Assembly: GCF_047730155.1 (NCBI RefSeq) | Contig: NZ_CP159832.1 | Coordinates: 448,623-472,622 of the forward strand | DNA length: 24,000 nt | Reading direction: 5' to 3' | From: Candidatus Njordibacter sp. Uisw_002 | Lineage (GTDB): Bacteria; Pseudomonadota; Gammaproteobacteria; Pseudomonadales; Balneatricaceae | Shown: piece after piece, positions 16,106 to 24,000 of the stretch | Layout: each line of letters opens with the position of its first letter | How positions within the stretch are numbered: the stretch's first letter is position 1 | Made by a program: the position numbers and the translations under genes | Notes under the pieces: generated by a model | What the model was told of the DNA's origin: nothing | The model's database searches: none | The model's input: only the letters and a program-made list of their open reading frames with translations

Positions 16106-16153
16106 GGGCGGGGAAGGTTCTAGCGGTCCTTCCCTGTCACCCTGTTTTTATTT
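16106..16153 (+). terminator. Probable Rho-independent terminator after the mini-ORF
   Basis: Stem GGGAAGG (16111-16117) / CCTTCCC (16128-16134), extended by GGG (16106-16108) / CCC (16140-16142), then TGTTTTTATTT. Confidence 0.5.
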
Positions 16154-16256
16154 AAGTACCTTATGCAGACACAGTGAGCTATCCTTTGGACAGGTCAATT
16201 TATACGCAACAGTCGCTATAGGGGCCTTCTAAGCAGGGCGTTGTTGCGTTTGATTG

Positions 16257-16904
16257 TTATTTTGCTTGTAACTTCTTTGCTACTACAAAATAGCTAGAAG
16301 CTCCTTTATATATTTCTTCTGATGCTACAACCTGAAAGCCGTTAGCAATTAGTAAATCGTCTACTTCAGAGCTCGTTATCCTTCTTATAGGAATGGGAAT
16401 TAATCCAATCTTACATAAGACCCTAACGAACTGAATTTGCAGATTAACTAACAACGACATCTTTTGCCGTAAGCAAGGTGTGACCGAAATAAATAAACCA
16501 TCCGGATTTAACATTGCATTTATTCGTTGCGCAACATCCTGCGGACTAGGAACTGTGTGCAACATATTAAAAGCCAGAATGACATCATACGATTCGCTGG
16601 AATACTTTTTATCAAAAATATCCGATTGCTCGAAATTTACATTTTCAATGTGACCAAGAGCGGCTTTCTCTTTTGATATTGCAATCATCTTAGATGAAAT
16701 ATCAATTGCATGAATATCTTTTACCAGACTAGAAAATTGGCAGGACGCAGTGCCTGTCCCACACCCATAATCCAGAACAGAGTCGCTATCTTTCAAGAAC
16801 CTTTTAGTATTTTCTCTAGATTTTTTATGAATGTACTCAAACCGCTCTTCAGTCTTGTCATAGTTTTTTGAAGCGTTATCCCAAAAACTTTCCGATTTAT
16901 TCAT
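16257..16904 (-). CDS. Class I SAM-dependent methyltransferase
   Basis: Motif I VLDYGCGTG, an acidic residue after beta2 (HAIDIS), and motif post-I/II (ILAFNMLH). The substrate is not inferable. Confidence 0.85.
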   Translation of the reverse strand: MNKSESFWDNASKNYDKTEERFEYIHKKSRENTKRFLKDSDSVLDYGCGTGTASCQFSSLVKDIHAIDISSKMIAISKEKAALGHIENVNFEQSDIFDKKYSSESYDVILAFNMLHTVPSPQDVAQRINAMLNPDGLFISVTPCLRQKMSLLVNLQIQFVRVLCKIGLIPIPIRRITSSEVDDLLIANGFQVVASEEIYKGASSYFVVAKKLQAK

Positions 16905-17063
16905 TCTCTATACCTTAGGGTAAAATACCACAGATTATTACTGACACATTGAGAAAGCTAAGGTTACTCATCGTTTATTTATACGCACCTACCTATCCTT
17001 GTGTTGATGGTAGCTCTAGTTAACTTATATACACACGGCGCAGTTAGCTATAATTCACTAACA

Positions 17064-17477
17064 TCAAACAAGAGTGCCTTGGGTGTAATACCAAAGGCCA
17101 TGCTCAAAGACAAATTCACTCCTTTCGTGCAAGCGGTAAGCCTTACCATCAATTTTGTAGCGAGCCACAAACTCTACCATGCCTTGAAGCTCTCCAGGCT
17201 TGCCATATTGAGTGGTTACAATTTTAAGGCCAAGCCATTGTTGCTTCGCTTCAAAATCTAGGCTTTTTGGGCGTGTATTAAGGTGCCAGGTGTTTAACAG
17301 ATAATCTTGGTTGTGCAAGCAAAAGGCTGTGTAACGTGAACGCATAAGTGCCTGCGCTGTTTTAGCTTGAGAGTCTTCGCTAAGTATAGGCTTACAGCAT
17401 AAATCAAAGCTTACCCCTGATGTGCAATAACAAAGGCCTTCTTTTGGTGGTATAAAACCGCCCTTGTTTTTGCTCAT
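17064..17477 (-). CDS. ychJ: YchJ family protein (UPF0225, SEC-C motif)
   Basis: CYCTSG...LCC plus LMRSRYTAFCLHNQDYLLNTWH and a C-terminal WYY, colinear with E. coli YchJ. Its ATG overlaps the upstream gpx stop (ATGA). Confidence 0.85.
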   Translation of the reverse strand: MSKNKGGFIPPKEGLCYCTSGVSFDLCCKPILSEDSQAKTAQALMRSRYTAFCLHNQDYLLNTWHLNTRPKSLDFEAKQQWLGLKIVTTQYGKPGELQGMVEFVARYKIDGKAYRLHERSEFVFEHGLWYYTQGTLV

Positions 17478-18025
17478 AGGAGATCATCAATAGCATTTTT
17501 AAGTAGCCATGAAGTGGGAGTAATCCACTGTCTGTATCGGTCTACTACATTGCCATTTTTGTCTACTAGGTACTTGTTAAAATTCCAGCTAGGTGGCCCT
17601 TGTTGTTCATTAATGTGCTTGAATAAAGGATGCGCATTTTCTCCAGTCACCTCAATAGTTTGGCTCATCAAAAAAGTAACACCAAAATTATAAAAGCACA
17701 CTTTAGCGGCTTCTTCTTCGTTTAAAGCCGCTTGATTAAAGGCGTTACTTGGAAATCCAATAATGACTAACCCTTGGTCTTTATATTCTTGGTGTAACTC
17801 TTCTAAACCTTCAAACTGTCCAGTAAAGCCACAATGACTAGCCGTATTGACCAACAAAAGTGGTTTACCTGCTGTGACTGCACACAAATCTAAAGGTTGG
17901 CCTGAATGAAGTTGTTTAAGCTCATGCTTTAACCAAGGGGCACAATCTGCCATGGCCGTATGAGATGCCAAAAGGCCAATAAAAAGTATAAATAAACAAT
18001 GGGTAATACGAAGTGGAGACACCAT
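17474..18025 (-). CDS. Glutathione peroxidase family protein with signal peptide
   Basis: LLVNTASHCGFTGQFEGLEELHQEYKDQGLVIIGFPSNAFNQ (Cys-type GPx active site) and WNFNKYLVDKNG. A hydrophobic N-terminal leader suggests export. Confidence 0.9.
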   Translation of the reverse strand: MVSPLRITHCLFILFIGLLASHTAMADCAPWLKHELKQLHSGQPLDLCAVTAGKPLLLVNTASHCGFTGQFEGLEELHQEYKDQGLVIIGFPSNAFNQAALNEEEAAKVCFYNFGVTFLMSQTIEVTGENAHPLFKHINEQQGPPSWNFNKYLVDKNGNVVDRYRQWITPTSWLLKNAIDDLL

Positions 18026-18235
18026 AAGAGACTATCCTAAGCTTGTGATATAGCTGATATGAAAATGATTTACGATAAAGGCTTTATGTTGTAATAATAG
18101 GTTTGAAATATGTGATCTGTCATTTATATTCTATAGTAACTAGGGTGGATTAAGAAGCTAGGATCTGTAGGCAAAGAGCACCTGAGTGTTATCATTAGTG
18201 AAATTGAAAAAATATTAGAAAAGGGATGTATTATC

Positions 18236-18649
18236 GTGACCACACCAGACGAAGAAAATGAACCACTATTAGTAGGCATGCCAGCAGGTAATCCATCTTT
18301 GCGCACTGTAGCGATGCCCGCTGACGCTAATCCAGATGGTGATATTTTTGGTGGCTGGATTATGTCTCAAATGGATATCTCCAGTGGTGTGTTTGCAGCC
18401 CATGCAGCTAAAGGGCGCGTAGTAACGGTGGCGGTCGATGCTATGACCTTTCACAAACCTGTGTATGTTGGTGACGATGTCAGTTGTTATTGCAAACTTG
18501 CAAAGCGCGGTAATACCTCTATTACTGTGCTTGTAGAGGCTTGGGTTAGGCGTCGCCACAGTGATACGATAAATAAAGTAACACAAGGGATGTTTACCTT
18601 TGTTGCAGTGGATGCCAACGGCAAGCCAAAACCATTGCCTCCAGAATAA
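18236..18649 (+). CDS. yciA: Acyl-CoA thioesterase (hot-dog fold, YciA-like)
   Basis: LRTVAMPADANPDGDIFGGWIMSQMD...GRVVTVAVDAMTFHKPVYVGD is colinear with E. coli YciA. GTG start as in the ORF track. Confidence 0.85.
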   Translation: MTTPDEENEPLLVGMPAGNPSLRTVAMPADANPDGDIFGGWIMSQMDISSGVFAAHAAKGRVVTVAVDAMTFHKPVYVGDDVSCYCKLAKRGNTSITVLVEAWVRRRHSDTINKVTQGMFTFVAVDANGKPKPLPPE

Positions 18650-18696
18650 AGGCTTATTTAGGCTGGCTTCAATAGTGCATAAATAAAGGAAAGGTG

Positions 18697-20331
18697 ATGG
18701 CGCAAAAAAATATTCTCTTCATTATGTTAGATCAGCTGCGTGCTGATGCGTTGTCCTGTTATGGAAATGAAGTGGTGCACACTCCCCACATAGACCGATT
18801 GGCCCAACAAGGCGTGCAGTTTAATAGGTGTTATGTTCAAGGCACCAGCTGTGGTAATTCTAGGGCATCTTACTACACAGGCCGACATGTGCGTTCTCAT
18901 GGGGCCACTTGGAATGGTTGGCCTAACAGAGTGGATGAGTTAACTTTAGCTGATCATCTTGCAACCTGTGGTATGAACACTTATTTGATGGGTAAAACCC
19001 ACATGAAGCCAGATCTTGCAGGTATGAAACGCCTGGGCCTTGAGCCACAATCAGAGCTAGGACGATTTTTGAGTAACGCTGGGTTTAGCCAAGGTGAACA
19101 TGATGATGGCCTGCATACTATAGGTGTGGCTGGTGGTTATGGTGCAGGCACACCGGCTTATTATGATTATCTACGAAAGCATGGATATGAGGCAAAAAAT
19201 CCTTGGGTCACTTGGGCTAGCGCCATGAAGGATGAAGAAGGTGTGTTGCGCAACGGCATGTTTTTAAAATATGGACACTTACCTGCCCGGGTAGATAAAA
19301 CTCATTCTGAAACTGCATACACGACCGATCGAGCCGTCGAAATGATTGAGCATTTGGGGCATCAAAATTGGTGTTTACATTTATCTTATATTAAACCTCA
19401 CTGGCCCCTTGCGGCGCCTGCACCTTATCACCAGATGTATCGCGGTGTTGATTTGCCAAAAGCGATAAAGTGCGAAGCTCAAAAGCAAAACCCTCATCCT
19501 ATTTATAAAGCTTTTATGGATTTGCCCCAAAGCCAAACCTATGCCAAAGATGAGTATCGCAATCATGCCTTGCCCACATATTATGGCTTGGTGAAAGAAA
19601 TTGATGACAATTTAGGGCGCTTATTTGAAGCTTTGAAGCTGCAAGGTCAAGATAAAAATACCATGATCGTATTGACGTCTGATCATGGCGACTATTTTGG
19701 TGATCATTGGTTAGCTGAAAAAGATTTATTTCATGATGCTGTAGCTCGTGTACCACTGCTTATTATGGACCCTAGTGTTGCCGCCAACTCAAGTCGTGGC
19801 ACTCAATGTGATCAATTAGTGTGTGCCATTGATCTAGTGCCCACCTTCGTAGATTGGGCTGGTGGTCAGCCCCAGTGGAATTGGTTGGAAGGGCAGTCGT
19901 TGGTGCCAGTGATTCATAATCTACCTATGATTGAGCGAAACTGCGTGGTGTCAGAATGTGACTATGGCGTAATGGACTTTACCCAAAAATTGGGCCGTAC
20001 CAGTGATAATGCCCGCATGACCATGTTATTTGATGGGCGCTACAAATATATCCACTGTTTGGGTTTTAAACCCATGCTATATGACTTACAAGAAGATCCA
20101 CAAGAGTTTGTAGATCTAGGTCAAGATGGTGGGTATAAAACTGTGCGTGGGCAACTTGGTGAACAAATGTTGGATTGGTCTGCGGGCCTAAAAAACCGTG
20201 TGAGCGTTAACCAAAGCATGGTTGATCGTCAGCTAGGTAAAGCAGGTGAGGTGGGTATTTTAATTGGTTATTGGCAACAAAATGACGTACCTCAGGCTCA
20301 GCAACTTGTGCCTGAGGTACCAGATAAATAG
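18697..20331 (+). CDS. Sulfatase-family (alkaline phosphatase superfamily) enzyme, cytoplasmic, phosphonate-monoester-hydrolase-like N-terminus
   Basis: NILFIMLDQLRAD (metal-binding Asp), SCGNSRASYYTGR at the nucleophile position, and LTSDHGDYFGDH. No signal peptide. ATG 18697 is preferred over GTG 18694 because of the RBS AAGGAAAGG. Confidence 0.85.
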   Translation: MAQKNILFIMLDQLRADALSCYGNEVVHTPHIDRLAQQGVQFNRCYVQGTSCGNSRASYYTGRHVRSHGATWNGWPNRVDELTLADHLATCGMNTYLMGKTHMKPDLAGMKRLGLEPQSELGRFLSNAGFSQGEHDDGLHTIGVAGGYGAGTPAYYDYLRKHGYEAKNPWVTWASAMKDEEGVLRNGMFLKYGHLPARVDKTHSETAYTTDRAVEMIEHLGHQNWCLHLSYIKPHWPLAAPAPYHQMYRGVDLPKAIKCEAQKQNPHPIYKAFMDLPQSQTYAKDEYRNHALPTYYGLVKEIDDNLGRLFEALKLQGQDKNTMIVLTSDHGDYFGDHWLAEKDLFHDAVARVPLLIMDPSVAANSSRGTQCDQLVCAIDLVPTFVDWAGGQPQWNWLEGQSLVPVIHNLPMIERNCVVSECDYGVMDFTQKLGRTSDNARMTMLFDGRYKYIHCLGFKPMLYDLQEDPQEFVDLGQDGGYKTVRGQLGEQMLDWSAGLKNRVSVNQSMVDRQLGKAGEVGILIGYWQQNDVPQAQQLVPEVPDK

Positions 20332-20357
20332 CAAAAGTTAACTGCCTATGGTGTCTG

Positions 20358-21524
20358 TTATGGTGTTTCGTAAGTGCCCAAAATTTGCATTTCTCCACTG
20401 CGCTTATGCCAGCGACCACGCGCCATGACATCAGTAATATGGTGTTGCTGATCTAAAACCACCATGTCGGCGTCTTTGCCTTGCACTAGCCTGCCTTTTT
20501 GAGACAGTTTTAATAAGTCGGCCACGTTAGAGGTAAAGGGCAAAAGGGCCTCCTCCATAGGCACATGGTTATTTAGCACTTCAGCTAAGGTTTTCACCAA
20601 GGTGGATGCGCAGCCTATGCCCATGCTCTCAGGCTCTCCTTCGGCATTAAAGTGAGGTAGACACCCGCCACCATCAGAGCTAATGGTTAGCTTATCAGCA
20701 GGATAACCCCCATCGCGATAACGTAAAAATGCTTCAGCCGCAGACCAGCCCGGTGCGCTGTGACCCTCAGGGAAGGCAGTTACATCTAGCCTTACCCCTT
20801 CAAGAGACAAAGGTAGTGCTTCATCAAATAGGGTTTTGTTACGGTTAATGTGGGTTGGGTTAAATACTCTAGCTGGAATTTCACAAGTGTCCAGCGCTTC
20901 ACGCACAAGCTCTAGGCCTCGTTTACCATCGCCCATATGAATATGTAAAATACCGGCTTTGCCCGTCATTAAACCAGCTACATGAGCTTCACTTGCTACG
21001 CGCAAAAACTCACTCAAAGTAGGCTGGCTTGAACGATGATCACTGATGGCTAATTCTCCCACACCAATCACTGGGTCAATAAACACGATGTCTCCACGAG
21101 CACTGTCTGTAAGGGTAGTCAAAGGCAAGTGATAGCCCCCAGTATGACACCAAGCAGACATACCTTCTTCACGTAAACCATAGGCTTGAGTCACTAAGCT
21201 CTGGGTGTTGCGGGTGAGGTCGTCTGTACCTAATACACCCACCACACTTGTCACACCAAAGGCTGTAAACTGCGATAAAAATACAGGAGGCACGCGGCTA
21301 GCTGGGCCTGTTTCACCGCCGCCACCGGTTATATGAGCATGTCCATCTATGAATCCGGGCACCAATGAAGCCCCTTTTAAATCGGTCACTTCTACCTGCA
21401 AGGCGTTATCTAATGCAGGTAAGTGTGAACCGATGTAAACAATGGTCTGTCCAGCGATAAGCAAGTGACAAATGCCCATGGCCTCTGGTGAAAAAAGGTT
21501 AGCGTTGGTGATGAGCTTTAGCAT
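20358..21524 (-). CDS. iadA: Isoaspartyl dipeptidase
   Basis: Colinear with E. coli IadA: PGFIDGHAHITGGGGE.GP..R, VTSVVGVLGTD, ISDHRSSQP, NPTHINRN, ISSDGGG. Confidence 0.9.
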   Translation of the reverse strand: MLKLITNANLFSPEAMGICHLLIAGQTIVYIGSHLPALDNALQVEVTDLKGASLVPGFIDGHAHITGGGGETGPASRVPPVFLSQFTAFGVTSVVGVLGTDDLTRNTQSLVTQAYGLREEGMSAWCHTGGYHLPLTTLTDSARGDIVFIDPVIGVGELAISDHRSSQPTLSEFLRVASEAHVAGLMTGKAGILHIHMGDGKRGLELVREALDTCEIPARVFNPTHINRNKTLFDEALPLSLEGVRLDVTAFPEGHSAPGWSAAEAFLRYRDGGYPADKLTISSDGGGCLPHFNAEGEPESMGIGCASTLVKTLAEVLNNHVPMEEALLPFTSNVADLLKLSQKGRLVQGKDADMVVLDQQHHITDVMARGRWHKRSGEMQILGTYETP

Positions 21525-21789
21525 GGTGAATCCGTATGTTAAATAATTAAAAGAACTTAAGTCACTACTGTAAATCTTGTATCAAGGTCATTTATTTATC
21601 CCAATATTGTAAGGTGCATAGTAAGCCTTTTTGGATCCTAAAAAATAGTAATAGAGCAATATATGCACTAAAACATGAATGTGTTATCTATTTTTCTTTG
21701 ATTGAGCCAATTAAATGCTATGGTTGATCGTGTTAATCCACTATAAAAACAGAAGTAAGAGGCTATACATTAACCTCTAGGTGAAAATA

Positions 21790-23343
21790 ATGAGCCGTAC
21801 AGAAGGTCGCCGCCGCAAAGTAAAGCAAGCACCTATTAAATCGTTTGCTATTCATCAGCTTGAAAGGCAAGTAAAACGTAACCGCTTTGCGCCAATGGCT
21901 GCGCTTGAGCCAGAGCAAGTTGAGCTAATCCATGATGCCTCTATGGATATACTTGAGCAGCTAGGTATTGAAGTGATGGGCCAAGCGGCGCTTGATTTAT
22001 TTAAGCAAGCAGGTGCAGATGTAGATGCCCAAGGCATTGTGCGCATGGACAGAGCTTTGGTGATGGAGTGCATCAGCAAAGCCCCTTCACAGTTTACCCT
22101 TACGCCCCGTAACCCTAATAATGCTTTGGATATTGGATCTAATATAATTCACTTTGGCTTAACTTCTGGCCCACCAAATGTGCACGACTGCATCAATGGG
22201 CGTCGTCTGGGAAATTTCACAGACTATGAGCACATGATTCGTTTTGGCCAATATTTTAATGTTATTGATTTTTTTGGTAATCAGGCCGTGGCCCCCACAG
22301 ATTTGCCGCCTAATACCAGACATTTAGATACCACCTTTGCTAACCTAACTCTTGCAGATAAAGTGTTTTTTGCCCAAGGCATTGGCGCTGGGCGTGTTAA
22401 AGATGCTGTCACAATGAATGCGATTGCTAACGGTATGACATTGCATGAGCTGGCCCAAAAACCAGCCACAATGACCAATATCAATATAAACTCACCTCGT
22501 AAGTTGGATGACAGTATGGCCTATGGCGCCATGCAAATGGCAAAAATGGGCCAAGCAGTAACAGTGACACCCTTTACACTGATGGGCGCCATGACCCCAA
22601 CCACTATGGCAGGCGCACTGGCCCAACAAAATGCTGAAGCTTTGTTGGGTATTGCCCTAGTGCAATTGACCAAAGCTGGCGCGCCAGTAGTGTATGGCGG
22701 TTTTACCTCAAACGTTGATATGCGCTCAGGAGCCCCTGCTTTTGGTACGCCAGAGAACTGTTTAGCCAATATGGCCAGTGGGCAAATGGCCAGACGATAT
22801 AACTTGCCCTACCGCACCAGTGCCTGCAATGCGTCTAACGCAGTAGATGGGCAAGCGGTATACGAAACCCAAATGGCTTTGTGGGGCTCGGTGATGGGCC
22901 ACGGTAATTTAATTTATCATGCAGCAGGTTGGTTAGAAGGTGGTTTGGTCGCCTCTTTTGAAAAAATTGTGATGGACTGTGAAATGCTGCAGCACATGGC
23001 AGTGATGATGCAGCCTCTAAAAATAGATACCATTGAAATTGGTATGGAGGCTATGGAAGAGGTAGGGCCTGGAAGCCATTTCTTTGGTTGCAGCCACACT
23101 ATGGAACGTTATAAAAGTGCCTTTTACCAGCCGTTTTTGAGTGACTGGAAAAACCATGAAAGCTGGGTTGAAGCAGGGTCCAAAGATGCTACCATGAGGG
23201 CCACTGAAATTTGGCAGAAAATTTTAGCCGAGTTTGAACCACCCAAAATAGACATCGCTAAAAAAGAAGAACTTGAAGCATATGTAGCCAAACGCAAAGA
23301 AGAGCTTTGTGGCAGTGAGCCACTACTTGAGCCGATTGATTAG
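21790..23343 (+). CDS. Trimethylamine methyltransferase (MttB) superfamily protein, non-pyrrolysine type
   Basis: About 517 aa with no internal stop. It has a basic N-terminus (SRTEGRRRKVK) followed by LEPEQVELIHDASMDILEQLGIEV, typical of MttB-family quaternary-amine methyltransferases. ATG 21790 is preceded by AGGTGA. Confidence 0.88.
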   Translation: MSRTEGRRRKVKQAPIKSFAIHQLERQVKRNRFAPMAALEPEQVELIHDASMDILEQLGIEVMGQAALDLFKQAGADVDAQGIVRMDRALVMECISKAPSQFTLTPRNPNNALDIGSNIIHFGLTSGPPNVHDCINGRRLGNFTDYEHMIRFGQYFNVIDFFGNQAVAPTDLPPNTRHLDTTFANLTLADKVFFAQGIGAGRVKDAVTMNAIANGMTLHELAQKPATMTNININSPRKLDDSMAYGAMQMAKMGQAVTVTPFTLMGAMTPTTMAGALAQQNAEALLGIALVQLTKAGAPVVYGGFTSNVDMRSGAPAFGTPENCLANMASGQMARRYNLPYRTSACNASNAVDGQAVYETQMALWGSVMGHGNLIYHAAGWLEGGLVASFEKIVMDCEMLQHMAVMMQPLKIDTIEIGMEAMEEVGPGSHFFGCSHTMERYKSAFYQPFLSDWKNHESWVEAGSKDATMRATEIWQKILAEFEPPKIDIAKKEELEAYVAKRKEELCGSEPLLEPID

Positions 23344-23398
23344 AGCCTATCGAAATAGCTAGTACGCGACATAACACATTAATAAACAAGGTTAACTC

Positions 23399-24000
23399 AT
23401 GGCATCTCATTACCCATTAGCAGACGCACAACATACTGCCATTGTCCCAATAACGATTGATCTTCGCAGTGACACTGTGACACGACCAAGCGAAGCTATG
23501 CGAGAAGTGATGGCCAGTGCCCAAGTGGGTGATGATGTGTATGGGGATGATCCTAATGTAAATGCCCTAGAACATGAGGCAGCCCAGCTATTAGGTAAAC
23601 AAGAAGGTCTATTTTTACCCAGTGGCACCATGAGTAATTTAGCCTGTGTGCTGGCGCACTGCCAAAGAGGTGAAGAGGTTATAGTGGGTGATCGCTATCA
23701 CATTAGTTGTGATGAAGCTGCAGGGGTGGCGGTGCTTGGCAGTGTGGCAATACATTCCATAAGCACAGATAAGTTTGGCTATTTTAATCTTGATCAGCTC
23801 AATGCGTCGGTGAAGCCCAATGATTTTCATTGCCCCATATCACGGCTACTATGCCTAGAAAATACTGTGGGAGGATGCATTCAAGAGCAAAGCCATATTG
23901 ATGCTTTAGTAGATTGCGCTAAATCCCACGGGCTATCCACTCACATGGATGGCGCCAGACTCCTTAACGCTGCGGTAGCGCAAAACTTGCCACCAGCTCG
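23399..24000 (+). CDS. ltaE: Low-specificity L-threonine aldolase (PLP-dependent), 3' end outside window
   Basis: This CDS is not in the supplied ORF track. My own translation from ATG 23399 is open to the window end: DLRSDTVTRPSEAMREVMASAQVGDDVYGDDPNVNALE...LFLPSGTMSNL...LENT...HMDGARLLNA, the classic threonine aldolase signature. Confidence 0.9.
   Translation, partial: MASHYPLADAQHTAIVPITIDLRSDTVTRPSEAMREVMASAQVGDDVYGDDPNVNALEHEAAQLLGKQEGLFLPSGTMSNLACVLAHCQRGEEVIVGDRYHISCDEAAGVAVLGSVAIHSISTDKFGYFNLDQLNASVKPNDFHCPISRLLCLENTVGGCIQEQSHIDALVDCAKSHGLSTHMDGARLLNAAVAQNLPPA

Noticed and set aside
6817-16256. Search for a direct repeat of the tRNA-Arg 3' end (…GGTTCGAATCCTCTCGGGCGCGCCA) or other att-like repeat marking the far border of an island.
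   Set aside because: I found no second copy by eye, and only trivial 6-9-mers are shared between the left (6817-7000) and right (12370-12600, 15600-16256) junction regions. The island borders therefore remain compositional only.
16198-16987. 11-bp direct repeat ATTTATACGCA (16198-16208 and 16977-16987) bracketing the SAM methyltransferase gene, considered as target-site duplication of a single-gene insertion.
   Set aside because: An 11-mer match in AT-rich DNA is within chance expectation for a 24-kb window. My line counts (22/60, 25/60 GC) do not set the gene clearly apart from the backbone, and there are no terminal inverted repeats.
17001-18586. ORFs 17001-17261 (+), 18124-18306 (-) and 18269-18586 (-).
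   Set aside because: 17001-17261 is antisense to ychJ, whose translation aligns to an E. coli protein. 18269-18586 is antisense to yciA in the same way. 18124-18306 overlaps only the yciA 5' end and otherwise lies in the gpx/yciA divergent intergenic region. None has an RBS or a recognisable motif.

Overview
The window looks like a gammaproteobacterial chromosome of moderate to low GC. The taxon call rests on near-colinear matches to E. coli proteins and is not more precise than that.

Layout:
- **Left third, conserved housekeeping backbone:** purL 3' end, ycbL-like MBL hydrolase, two NUDIX hydrolases, DUF1289, yfjD-ypjD divergent from ffh. A serV/argV-like tRNA-Ser(GCU)-tRNA-Arg(ACG) pair follows.
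- **About 6990-12400, GC-rich block just after the tRNAs:** a five-gene SCPU/Csu-type (archaic) chaperone-usher pilus cluster on the minus strand. No integrase or transposase is visible.
- **12597-15565, GPH/MFS transporter locus:** the first ~250 bp of the transporter gene are present twice, as a perfect 241-bp direct repeat around a 591-bp filler. A convergent TetR regulator follows.
- **15566-16256, ~690-bp gene-poor gap:** an orphan intrinsic terminator and a 45-aa membrane mini-ORF with its own terminator.
- **Right third, metabolic and accessory genes:** SAM methyltransferase, gpx-ychJ, yciA, a cytoplasmic PMH-like sulfatase, iadA, a non-Pyl MttB-family methyltransferase, and a threonine aldolase. 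The aldolase runs off the window and is absent from the supplied ORF track.

I found no CRISPR array, no intact IS element, and no defence-like gene set. Nothing here convincingly amounts to a wholly new multi-gene system.

The items most worth follow-up are:
- the duplicated 5' end of the transporter gene, which resembles an att-like scar or promoter swap
- the foreign pilus island
- the terminator plus mini-ORF gap
- the non-canonical sulfatase active-site motif

Functional calls are from reading the translations against remembered family signatures. No searches were run.
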